NCBI RefSeq assembly: GCF_006345805.1
Contig: NW_021834212.1
Coordinates: forward strand, 1-49,657
Length of the DNA: 49,657 nt
Origin: Octopus sinensis
Taxonomy: Eukaryota
Direction of reading: 5' to 3'
The notes beneath the pieces are model-generated. The model was not told where the DNA came from and did no database searches. It saw nothing but the letters and a program-made list of their open reading frames with translations. The position numbers and the translations under genes were made by a program. Position 1 is the stretch's first letter, and each line of letters opens with the position of its first letter. Positions 37,466-47,996 of the stretch are shown in pieces.

Positions 37466-37495
37466 CTCCAGATGCAGCACCACTTCGCGATTTGC
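37466..37495 (-). CDS. 30-nt phase-1 microexon, (G)KSRSGAASG
   Basis: tttttgctatttccttgcgcAG|GCAAATCGCGAAGTGGTGCTGCATCTGGAG|GTGAGT; 7 of 8 differences from 33279-33308 are synonymous. Confidence 0.8.
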
Positions 37496-37570
37496 CTGCG
37501 CAAGGAAATAGCAAAAATAATAAAAAGAGAAAAAGTAAAAAAAAAAAACAAAAACAAAACAATTATATAT

Positions 37571-38140
37571 AGGTGCAGGAGTGGCTGTGTGGTAAGTAGC
37601 TTGTTTACCAACCACATGGTTTTGGGTTCATTCCCACTGCGTGGCACCTTGGGCAAGTGTCTTCTACTATAGCCTCGGGCCGACCAATGCCTTGTGAGTG
37701 GATTTGGTAGACGGAAACTGAAAGAAGCCTGTCGTATATATGTATATATATGCAGGAGTGGCTGTGTGGTAAGTAGTTTGCTAACCAACCACATGGTTCC
37801 GGGTTCATTCCCACTGCGTGGCACCTTGGGCAAGTGTCTTCTACTATAGCCTCGGGCCGACCAAGGCCTTGTGAGTGGATTTGGTAGATGGAAACTGAAA
37901 GAAGCCTGTCATATATATATATGTGTGTGTATGTGTTTGTGTCTCTGTGTTTGTCCCCCCAGCATTGCCTGACAACCGATGCTGGTGTGTTTATGTCCCC
38001 CGTTACTTAGCGGTTCTGCAAAAGAGACCGATAGAATAAGTACTGGGCTTACAAAGAATAAGTCCCGGGGTCGAGTTGCTCGACTAAAGGCGGTGCTCCA
38101 GCATGGCCGCAGTCAAATGACTGAAACAAGTAAAAGAGTA
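37571..38140 (+). mobile_element. SINE-A 5' half followed by a full SINE-A
   Basis: Heads at ~37572 and ~37752. Confidence 0.9.
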
Positions 38141-38648
38141 TCTGACAGAACGTGCGGCTCTTTATAACTTTATGACCTTGAAACCCTCAAAATTCTTTTG
38201 AGATTCTTTAAGAATTCTCTGAGATATCTTTGATATTTTATGCATAGGCGCAGCAGTGGCTGTGTGGTAAGTAGCTTGCTTACCAACCACATGGTCCTGG
38301 GTTCAGTCCCAGTGTATCGTACCTTGGGCAAGTGTCATCTACTATAACCTCAGGCTGACCAAAGCCTTGTGAGTGGATGTGGTAGACGGAAACTGAATGA
38401 AGCCTGTTGTATTATATATAATAATAGTATAAATAATATATAAATAAATGCATATATGCATACATATATATGTATATATAGGTACAGGACATCAAAAAAA
38501 TGTTGAACACAATGAGAAACGAAAACATAAAAACAAAAACATGGAAACAAACTTTTTTCAAACAACAAAAAAACAGTACAAAACATACAACACAAGGAAC
38601 ATTCCCCTTCTTCCGTTGTCCCTGTTTTGTCTACTCCACGTTTCAAAG

Positions 38649-38683
<35 letters not shown>

Positions 38684-38712
38684 GTTAGATAATATGTGAC
38701 AATTATTCGGTA

Positions 38713-38783
38713 GCCAAGATAAAACTCTGAGTTTCGGATGCCGAGGTGGAAATCCACAACACCATCTCTTCGGTTATCTTGGC
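38713..38783 (-). ncRNA. Hammerhead-like motif with CCGAAGA core and a very long stem I (inverted repeat 38689-38807)
   Basis: Minus: gccaagataa-CCGAAGA-gatg...catcc-GAAACT-cag-AGTT/ttatcttggc. Confidence 0.55.
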
Positions 38784-38879
38784 TACCGAATAATTGTAAC
38801 ATATTATTTCACAGATAAATTTCCTCTATTTACATAATATTGAGGTCTCTTTCTTTCTTTTGTTATCTTACCGTTTTTA

Positions 38880-38935
<56 letters not shown>

Positions 38936-38936
<1 letters not shown>

Positions 38937-39092
38937 TTTATTTAAAGCAGCAGAAAATTCAACAAAACCTGTTACTCTGAGTTTCCCGTTGCCGTTCATC
39001 GGACAGTTTTTCTAGCAAAAACTGTCCGATGAACGGCAACGGGAAACTCGGAGTAACAGGTTTTGTTGAATTTTATGGTGCTTTAAATAAAG
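38936..39092. ncRNA. ~75-bp-arm palindrome carrying two divergent hammerhead-like motifs (38969-39006 -, 39022-39059 +)
   Basis: ctgt-CCGATGA-acg gcaa cgg-GAAACT-c(a/g)g-AGTA/acag on each strand. Confidence 0.55.
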
Positions 39093-39213
39093 CATATTAC
39101 TCTACCACTGGTATTTGAGTACTCTTTTTTTCCACCTTGTTTCACATTTATGTGTTTACTCCGGTATATATATATAATATATATATATATATGTATATAT
39201 ATATATGTATATG

Positions 39214-39252
<39 letters not shown>

Positions 39253-39338
39253 GATATATATATATATATATGTATATTATATATATATATATATAATATA
39301 TATATATATATATAGATATATATATATATATATATACA

Positions 39339-39766
39339 CAGGGAGATTCAAAAGTCGCCACACATAGGAACAATTTATCTTTTTGTAAGGAACAGTTTAT
39401 AAAAACATTTTTTTTTATTTAACCAGTGGTGGTGCCCCAGCATGGCCGCGGCCTTCAGGCTAAAACATTTTTAAGGATTTAAGCTCTATATGGTTACCAT
39501 TGTTTTGAATACACATTGCAATACATTTACCCCATTCGTTGTGAACTGGTAATTGCACATCTGGTGATACGGTTCCAAATGAGTTGGTGATGCGCTCCTT
39601 CAAATGATTTACGTCTTTTATCTTTCCGTGGCACACCATGCCTTTCAAATGTCCCCCAAAGATAGAAATCAAGAGGGGGCAGATCAGGGAGTCTAGGGGA
39701 TCTTTTAAACTGTTTCTCATAAAAAAATAAATTTTTCCTATGTATGGAGACTTTTGAATCACCCTG
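39339..39766 (-). mobile_element. Internally deleted Tc1/mariner-superfamily element, ~60-bp TIRs, transposase C-terminus
   Basis: CAGGG(A/T)GATTCAAAAGTC TIRs; frameshifted PDLPPLDFYLWG / HLKGMV...LKERI...CIQNNGNHIE. Confidence 0.85.
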
Positions 39767-40010
39767 TATATACATGTGTGTGTGTGTGTATGTATACGTT
39801 TCTGTGTCTGTGTTTGTCACCCCCACCCTCATTTGACAACTGGTGTTGGTGTGTTTACGTCCCCATAACTTAGCCGTTTGACAAAAGAGACCGATGGAAT
39901 ATGTACTTGGCTGACAAAGAATAAGTCCCAGGGTCGAGTTGCTCGATTTAAGGCAGTGCTCCAGCATGGCCTCAGTCAAATGACTGAAACAAGTAAAAGA
40001 AAAAAAGATA

Positions 40011-40043
<33 letters not shown>

Positions 40044-40304
40044 TGGAAAAATGAACAGAAATAGCTTTTCTGATAAGTCCTGGGGTCGATTTGTTTGACT
40101 AAAGGCGGTGCTCCAGCATGGCCTCAGTCAAATAATTGAAACTAATAAAAGAATAAAAGAAAAGAATTGTCCCAGAAGCTTTTTTCTTTTAGGGTGTTTT
40201 TTTTGAAGTTTGTGTTTTCTATTAAAATCTCACTTTTTCATTTTTTCCCCCTTTTCCTGTTTTATTTTTTCACCTTTTCTCACCTTGTTCTTAATTGGAT
40301 TTAC

Positions 40305-41130
40305 CTTACTCTTTTACTCTTTTACTTGTTTCAGTCATTTGACTGCGGCCATGCTGGAGCACCGCCTTTAGTCAAGCAAATCGACCCCAGGACTTATTCT
40401 TTTTGTAAGCCCAGTACTTATTATGTCGGTCTCTTTTGCCGAACCGCTAAGTTTACTCTTTTACTTGTTTCAGTCATTTGACTGTGGCCATGCTGGAGCA
40501 CCGCCTTTAGTCAAGCAAATCGACCCCAGGACTTATTCTTTTTGTAAGCCCAGTACTTATTATGTCGGTCTCTTTTGCCGAACCGCTAAGTTTACTCTTT
40601 TACTTGTTTCAGTCATTTGACTGTGGCCATGCTGGAGCACCGCCTTTAGTCAAGCAAATCGACCCCAGGACTTATTCTTTTTGTAAGCCCAGTACTTATT
40701 ATGTCGGTCTCTTTTGCCGAACCGCTAAGTTTACTCTTTTACTTGTTTCAGTTATTTGACTGTGGCCATGCTGGAGCACTGCCTTTTAGTCGAGCAAATC
40801 GACACCGGGACTTATTCTTTTGTAAGCCCAGTACTTATTCTATCGGTCTCTTTTGCTGAACCGCTAAGTGACGGGGGACGTAAACACCCCAGCATCGGTT
40901 GTCAAGCAATGCTAGGGGGGACAAACACAGACACACAAACACACACACACACACTTATATATATATACATATATACGACAGGCTTCTTTCAGTTTCCGTC
41001 TACCAAATCCACTCACAAGGCAATGGTCGACCCGGGGCTATAGCAGAAGACACTTGCCCAAGGTGCCACGCAGTGGGACTGAACCCGGAACCATGTGGTT
41101 GGTAAGCAAGCTACTTACCACACAGCCACA
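40305..41130 (-). mobile_element. SINE-A with its 139-bp 3' segment present 3 extra times in tandem
   Basis: Near-identical 139-bp units at ~40313, 40452, 40591, then a full SINE from ~40730. Confidence 0.9.
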
Positions 41131-41344
41131 CTTTCCTTCTATTATTCATTTACTGTATTTCACCCTCCCCCTTTACTTTACTAACCACTACACTCTTCAA
41201 GTGGTTGATGTTAGTAAGGGTATCCAACCGTAGAAGCCATGCCAAATTAGACTGGAATCTGGTGCAGCCCCTAAGCTTACCAGCCCTGGTCAAATCATCC
41301 AACCCATGCCAGCATGGACAACAGATCTTAAATGATGATGAGGA

Positions 41345-42370
41345 TGAATATTTGCAGCTGTTGTTGAATTTATGTTGTTGTAATACATCTGATATTGTAT
41401 AACATTTTGGTTGTATAATATCTATTGTATTGCATCTGTTCTGATTCATCTGTTTTACATCTGTTGCTCATCTGTTGTTCTATAACATTTGTTTGTAGAA
41501 GGTCTGTTGTATCACATCTGTTCTGATTTATCTGCTTTACATCTGTTGTACATTTGTTGTTGCATAATATCTATTTGTATTACAACTATTGTATTATGTC
41601 TGTTCTGATACATCTTTTTTTCATCTGTTTTACATCTGTTGTTCTATAACATCTTTTTATATAATGTCTATTCTAATATGTTTCTATTATACCTGCTGTA
41701 CATTGATTTACAGCTGTTGGTATTACACCTATACAATAGACGTATATAAACCGATGTTATAGAACAACAGATGTATTACAACATACCGGTACATGATCAT
41801 GATGATGATGTACAAGTATGTTGTGATACATCTGTTGCACAACTGTTCTATAACATCAGTTTATATATGTCTATTGTATAACATCTGTTCTGATGTATCA
41901 TCATCATCATCGTTTAGCGTCTGCTTTCCATGCTAGCATGGGTTGGACGGTTCAACTGGGGTCTGGGAAGCTAGAAGGCTGCACCAGGCCCAGTCTGATC
42001 TGGCAGTGTTTCTACAGCTTGATGCCCTTCCTAACGCCAACCACTCCATGAGTGTAGTGGGTGCTTTTTACGTGCCATTGGAGGCTGGCAGCAGCCACGA
42101 TCGGATGGTGCTTTTTACGTGCCACCGGCACAGGTGTCAGACGAGGCTGGCAATGGCCACGATCGGATGGTGCTTTTTACGTGCCACCGGTACGGGGGCC
42201 AGGCGAGGCTGGCAAACGGCCATGATCGGATGGTGCTTTTTACGTGCCACCGGCCTGTATTGCAATTGTTGTGCATTTGTTCTATAACATTTATTTGTGT
42301 AACATCTGTTGTATGACATTTGTTCTGATATATCTGTATTACATCTGTTGTACATCTGTTTATATGATGT
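41345..42370. repeat. Degenerate (acatctgtt)-rich low-complexity repeat, interrupted by an RTE 3' module
   Basis: Recurrent catctgtt and tctataacat motifs. Confidence 0.7.
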
Positions 42371-42424
42371 CTGAGAGAACCATTATCAGTAGGAACTTTT
42401 ACAAAAATTTTATATATATATATA

Positions 42425-42825
42425 GGCGCAGGAGTGGCTGTGTGGTAAGTAGCTTGCTTACCAACCACATGGTTCAAGTTTCAGTACTCACCGGATGGCA
42501 CCTTGGGAAAGTGTCTTCTGCTATAGCCTTGGGCTCACCAAAGCCTTGTGAGTGGATTTGGTAGACGGAAACTGAAAGAAGCTCGTCGTATATATGTATA
42601 TATATATGTGTGTGTGTTTGTGTGTCTGTGTCTGTCCCCCCCCACCATTGCTTGACAACCGATGCTGGTGTGTTTACGTCCCCGTAACATAGCGGTTCGG
42701 CAAATGAGACCTATAGAATAAGTACTGGGCTTACAAAGAATAAGTCCCGGGGTTGAGTTGCTCGATTAAAGGCGGTGCTCCAGTATGGCCGCAGTCAAAT
42801 GACTGAAACAAGTAAAAGAGAGAAA
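42425..42825 (+). mobile_element. SINE family A, full length
   Basis: ggcgcaggagtggctgtgtggtaag ... tgactgaaacaagtaaaag. Confidence 0.9.
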
Positions 42826-42951
42826 AGAGAAGCAACTACCACATACTAAAAATTTAGAAATAGTAGCCAAATAGGAATAAGCGGTCTTTGGCTGCTATTT
42901 CTAAATTTTGGTATGTGGTTAAGCAACTTATTGCTTAACCCTAATTATATA

Positions 42952-43013
<62 letters not shown>

Positions 43014-43299
43014 CTTACATACACACACACATTTGCATGTGCACAAAGGTATGTATATATATATATATAAACATATACATTCACAGATCTGTGTGTGTGT
43101 ATGTATGCATATACTAATGTGTTTTTAACCTCCACGGAGAAGATTTCTATTTCCGGTCCATTCCCTTTTATTAAAGTGTATTACAGCAGCAGTGCATAAC
43201 GGATTAAATTCATAATTCACTCAGGTATGACGTTTAACACTTATTAATCAGTCACATGGCAGAATAAATGTCCTAATATGGCAAATTTATCACTTCTTT

Positions 43300-43870
43300 C
43301 ATGTTGTTGTTGTTGTTGTTTAGCCCCAGGTCAATCCTGATCCTGTAGATTTATGATCAAAAGGGTTCCAGATGTAACCATCTTGTTTTTTTAATAGACC
43401 TAGTGTATCTGGGACTACATTATCTAATGTGACCTTCCTTGTAGATTTTACTGTTTAACCCCAGATCAGTCTGAATCCAAAAGCCAGTAATTGACAGTGT
43501 TCCAGCTGTGGCCATCATGCCTTTTATTCAGACCTAGTGTACCTAGGACTACATTATCCAATGTGTTCTTCCTGCTTGTTGTTTAGCTTCAGGTTAGTCT
43601 TTATTTAACAGACTTCTGATCATGAATTTTCCGGCTGTGACCATCCTGTTTTTTTATATTAGACCTAGTGTATCTGGGACTACATCACCTAATGTGACCT
43701 TCCTTGTAGATTTTACTTTTTAACCCCTGGTCAGTCTGAATCCAAAAGCCAGTAATTGACAGTGTTCCTGCTGTGGCCATCCTGCTTTTTATTCAGACAT
43801 AGTGCATCTAGGACTACATTATCCAATGTGTTCTTCCTTGTTGTTGTTGTTGTTGTTTAAACCTGGGTCA
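43300..43870 (-). repeat. ~132-bp tandem repeat (4+ units, ABAB pattern), reverse complement of the 3640-4640 family
   Basis: gacctagtgta(t/c)ct(g/a)ggactaca at ~43397, 43531, 43662, 43797. Confidence 0.85.
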
Positions 43871-43914
43871 ATTTTAAACAATATAGGTCAATAGATACTT
43901 GCCATAACATTTTT

Positions 43915-44258
43915 AAACAACATCATAAGCGGAAAGTGTAACCTCTTGAAAGAGCTGTTCTTCACTCCTGCTCCAGAGCGTCGGCTGCGGGGTCATTCCG
44001 AAAAGCTCTATCTGCGACGATTTCATCTCAATCGAAGGAGAGGGGCTTTCTCCGTCCGGGTTGCGGATCCGTGGAACAAGCTGCCAGACGAGATGGTGAA
44101 GATGCCGACGACCGCTCGGTTCAAAGTCTCCCTTGACCCCAAGTGGCCTGAACTCTTTACATGAACACCACCCTGTACATAACTCCATGTCCCCCTACAT
44201 GGGCTTGCTTTTTGCTTTTTGAGCCAAAAAATTAACTAACTAACATTAACTAACTAAC
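43915..44258 (+). mobile_element. CR1-clade LINE 3' end
   Basis: ORF 43946-44164 RLRGHSEKL...WNKLPDEMV; (TAAC)n tail. Confidence 0.88.
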
Positions 44259-44260
44259 AA

Positions 44261-44405
44261 ATATGAACCATTTTGTTGCACAATGCGTCTCCATCTTTCC
44301 TTTAACTTGAAAATACCCTCTTCCTAGAATTGAGATGGTTTCATGGCAAAGAATTCATCAAGGTATCTTTTTACGTCATCCAAGGAATTGAAATTTTTAC
44401 CATTA

Positions 44406-44406
<1 letters not shown>
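44261..44406 (-). pseudogene. C-terminal fragment of the same mariner family as 14539-16645
   Basis: NGKNFNSLDDVKRYLDEFFAMKP...GIFKLKERWRRIVQQNGSY. Confidence 0.85.
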
Positions 44407-44434
<28 letters not shown>

Positions 44435-44441
<7 letters not shown>

Positions 44442-44760
44442 GGTTTCCTTTGGTCTCCGCCTACCACATCCACCCACAAGGCTTTGATCAGCTTCAGGCT
44501 ATGATAGAAGGTACTTGCCCCAGTTGCCACACAGTGGAACTGAACCCAGAACCATGTGGTTGGGAAGCAAGCTTCTTACCACACAGCCACGCCGGGAGGG
44601 GCCTCTTTCAGTTTCTGTCTACCAAATCCACTCACAAGGCTTTGGTCAACCCAAGGCTATAATAGAAGAGGCTTGCCAAAGATACTATGCAATGGAACTG
44701 AACCTGATACTGTATGGTTGTGAAGCAAGCTTCGTACTACAAACCCATGCCTGCACATCT
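44435..44760 (-). mobile_element. Two diverged SINE-A 5' halves in tandem
   Basis: Similarity to the SINE-A head region. Confidence 0.75.
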
Positions 44761-44804
44761 ATATGCATTTTAAATTTAAATCCAAAGCTACATAGCTTGC
44801 AATT

Positions 44805-45222
44805 TCTTATTTCTCTACTGCCCACAAGGGGCTACACAGAGGGGACAAACAAAGACAGGCAAACGGATTAAGTCGATTACAGTGACCCCAGTGCGTAACT
44901 GGTACTTATTCAATTGACCCCGAAAGGATGAAAGGCAAAGTCGACCTCGGTGGAATTTGAACTCAGAACGTAGCGGCAGATGAAATACCTATTTCTTTAC
45001 TACCCACAAGGGGCTAAACACAGAGGGGACAAACAAGGACAGACAAACAGATTAAGTCGATTATATCGACCCTAGTGCGTAACTGGTACTTAATTTATCG
45101 ACCCTGAAAGGATGAAAGGCAAAGTCGACCTCGGCGGAATTTGAACTCAGAACGTAGCGGCAGATGAAATACCGCTATGCATTTCGCCTGGTGTGCTAAC
45201 GATGCCGCCAGCTCACCGCCTT
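44805..45222 (-). mobile_element. SINE family B: full copy plus a tandem partial copy
   Basis: Units 44805-44990 and 44990-45222. Confidence 0.88.
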
Positions 45223-45485
45223 ACTATTTCTAGTGAATGCAGTGACCATATAGATGCAGACACACAATCTCATTGTTTCCTTGGTAACTGTTACCAATAG
45301 CAACAATACCCCCACTATAATTATAGGATATTGAAGCTATTAAAGGGAGATAATTAGAACACCCAATAAGTATAACGATTTGTTGAGAGAGCTGCTTCTT
45401 AATTAAGCTGCTGGGACGGAAACAGGTATGTTTAATATAGTGATGAGTTGAAGAGATGAGGCAGTAACAGTTTATATACACTCAC

Positions 45486-45525
45486 TTCCTATTCCCCTTA
45501 TGTCTGTCTCTCATATACATACCCC
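45486..45525 (-). CDS. Candidate 40-nt exon, GGMYMRDRHKGNR (phase 1 to 2)
   Basis: tttctgcttgcatttgtctgcAG|...GGAA|GTGAGT; only one frame is open; no paralogue support. Confidence 0.3.
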
Positions 45526-45742
45526 CTGCAGACAAATGCAAGCAGAAATATGTGTATACATAGAATGAAAACACATTTAGGTCTATATGTGTATGCATGT
45601 ATATCAGTATGAATGTGTATGTACGTGTGTGTGTGGGTGTGTGTTGTATATATACACACACATACATATATACACACATATATGTATATTATATATATAT
45701 ATATAATATATATATATATATATACACACACATGTATATATA

Positions 45743-45780
<38 letters not shown>

Positions 45781-45813
45781 ACATTATACATATATATATA
45801 TATATATAATATA

Positions 45814-45844
<31 letters not shown>

Positions 45845-46274
45845 TACTATATATTATAAATATAATAATATGTGTGGTGTATATATATATATAATATATA
45901 TATATATATACACACAGACATTGATGTGTTAAGAAGCTTGGTTCCCAACCACATGTTCTGGGTTCTGTCCCGCTGTGTGGCACCTTGGACAAGTGTCTTC
46001 TACTGTAGCCTTGGGCCAACCAAAGCATTGTGAGTGAATTTGTTAGACAGAAACTGAAAGAAGCCTGTTGTGTGTATATATATATATTGGAAAAATGAAC
46101 AGAAATAGCTTTTCTGATAATTTTTCGACTTTGATAATTAAATGTTTATAAGTCTTCGTAAGTGCCTAATAACATGAACATTTAATTATTAAAGTGGAAA
46201 AATAATCAGAAAAGTTATTTCTATTCGTTTTCGAAGGACTTTCTACTTCTTAATTCTGTTATACATACATATGT

Positions 46275-46695
46275 ATACTCTTTTACTTTTTTACTTGTTT
46301 CAGTCATTTGACTGCGGCCATGCTGGAGCACCGCCTTTAGTCGAGCGAATCGACCCCGGGACTTATTCTTTGTAAGCCCAGTACTTATTCTATCAGTCTC
46401 TTTTTGCCGAACCGCTAAGTGACGGGACGTAAACACACCAGCATCGGTTGTCAAGCAACGTTGGGGGGACAAACACAGACACACAAACATATACACACAC
46501 ATACATATATATATATATATACATATAAACGACAGGCTTCTTTCAGTTTCCGTCTACCAAATCCACTCACAAGGCATTGGTCGGCCTGAGGCTATAGCAG
46601 AAGACACTTGCCCAAGGTGCCACGCAGTGGGACTGAACCCGGAACCATGTGGTTGGTAAGCAAGCTACTTACCACACAGCCACTCCTGCACCTAT
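46275..46695 (-). mobile_element. SINE family A, full length (partials also at 33418-33575 +, 45925-46075 +, 47105-47295 -)
   Basis: Full match to the family. Confidence 0.9.
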
Positions 46696-47043
46696 ATAGG
46701 TCATTATCATCATCATTTAATGTCTCTTTTCCTTGCTGTTTGTTTTTACTGTTTCGTTTTTGTTACCAACTTTGACCCTCTGCAAAAATCCCAAATTTTA
46801 TTTAATTTGCTTTGTAAGAACAAATGTTTTGTCGAAAACATATCTTGTTGTGAATTGCTCAAAACACGAAGTAGAAAAACAGTCAACAACTGATAAAGGG
46901 TCGTTTTTGTCTTGTTCCTTGTCTTGTTCCTCATTTGTTTCCTTTGTTCGCAAAATAAGTTCGTATTCCATGTTTTCATATTTCATGTTGTTTATGTTCC
47001 ATGGTGTCCCGTTCCCATATATGCATGTATATAGAATTATATG

Positions 47044-47086
<43 letters not shown>

Positions 47087-47345
47087 ACATATATATTTGT
47101 ATATTCTTTTATTCTTTTACTTGGTTCAGTCATTTGACTGCGGCCATGCTGCAGCACCACCTTTAGTCGAGCAAATTGACCTCAGGACTTATTCTATCAG
47201 TCTCTTTTTGCCGAACCACTAAGTTACGGGGACGTAAACACACCAGCATCAGTTGTCAAGCGATGTTGGGGGGACAAACACAGACACATACACACAACAT
47301 TTATATTATTTTATGATTGAATGACACGCATCCATTTCCAAGTAC

Positions 47346-47408
<63 letters not shown>

Positions 47409-47498
47409 GGGAGAGTTTACGAAAAAAACAAAAGACGGAGACAGGGGTGTACAAAACAAACAGATGTGTTAGTATAACGCTCGGGAATAGAAAAAAGA

Positions 47499-47534
47499 CT
47501 TTTACGTTTCGAGCCTACACTCTTCTACAGAAAG
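47499..47534 (-). ncRNA. Minimal hammerhead-like motif in putative PLE pLTR (~47408-47600)
   Basis: Minus: CTTT-CTGTAGA-a-gagt gtag gctc-GAAACGTA/AAAG; one core mismatch; same layout as 12206-12240. Confidence 0.5.
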
Positions 47535-47671
47535 GGACACAGAAAAAACAAGGAGAGAAAAGATGTGTGTAGTGGCTAATGAACTATCATGGCGACTAGT
47601 GCCGGACACACACACCACACACACATATATGTTATTGATTAACTGACTTACACACAGATGCATATATACAC

Positions 47672-47740
<69 letters not shown>

Positions 47741-47996
47741 CAAATAGCTATATATGCATATAATAAAGAGAGTGTGTGATATGGATAGAGAGATAGCTCA
47801 ATATATTTCATACATATCATACATACACACACACACACATATATATATATAGGCATACGTACACTCATGCATGCTCTGGTAGAGACAGACAGACACATAT
47901 ATGCATACATACATACGTACATAGGTGTATATGTAGATAGACAAAAGAAATAGACAGATAGTTTGATATTAGATATAAATAGACAGCAATAAAGAT

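Larger units (their letters stand above)
38246..40005 (+). mobile_element. SINE-A split by ~1.36 kb of nested insertions in its central (TA)n tract
   Basis: Head 38246-38410; tail resumes ~39770-40005. Confidence 0.75.
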
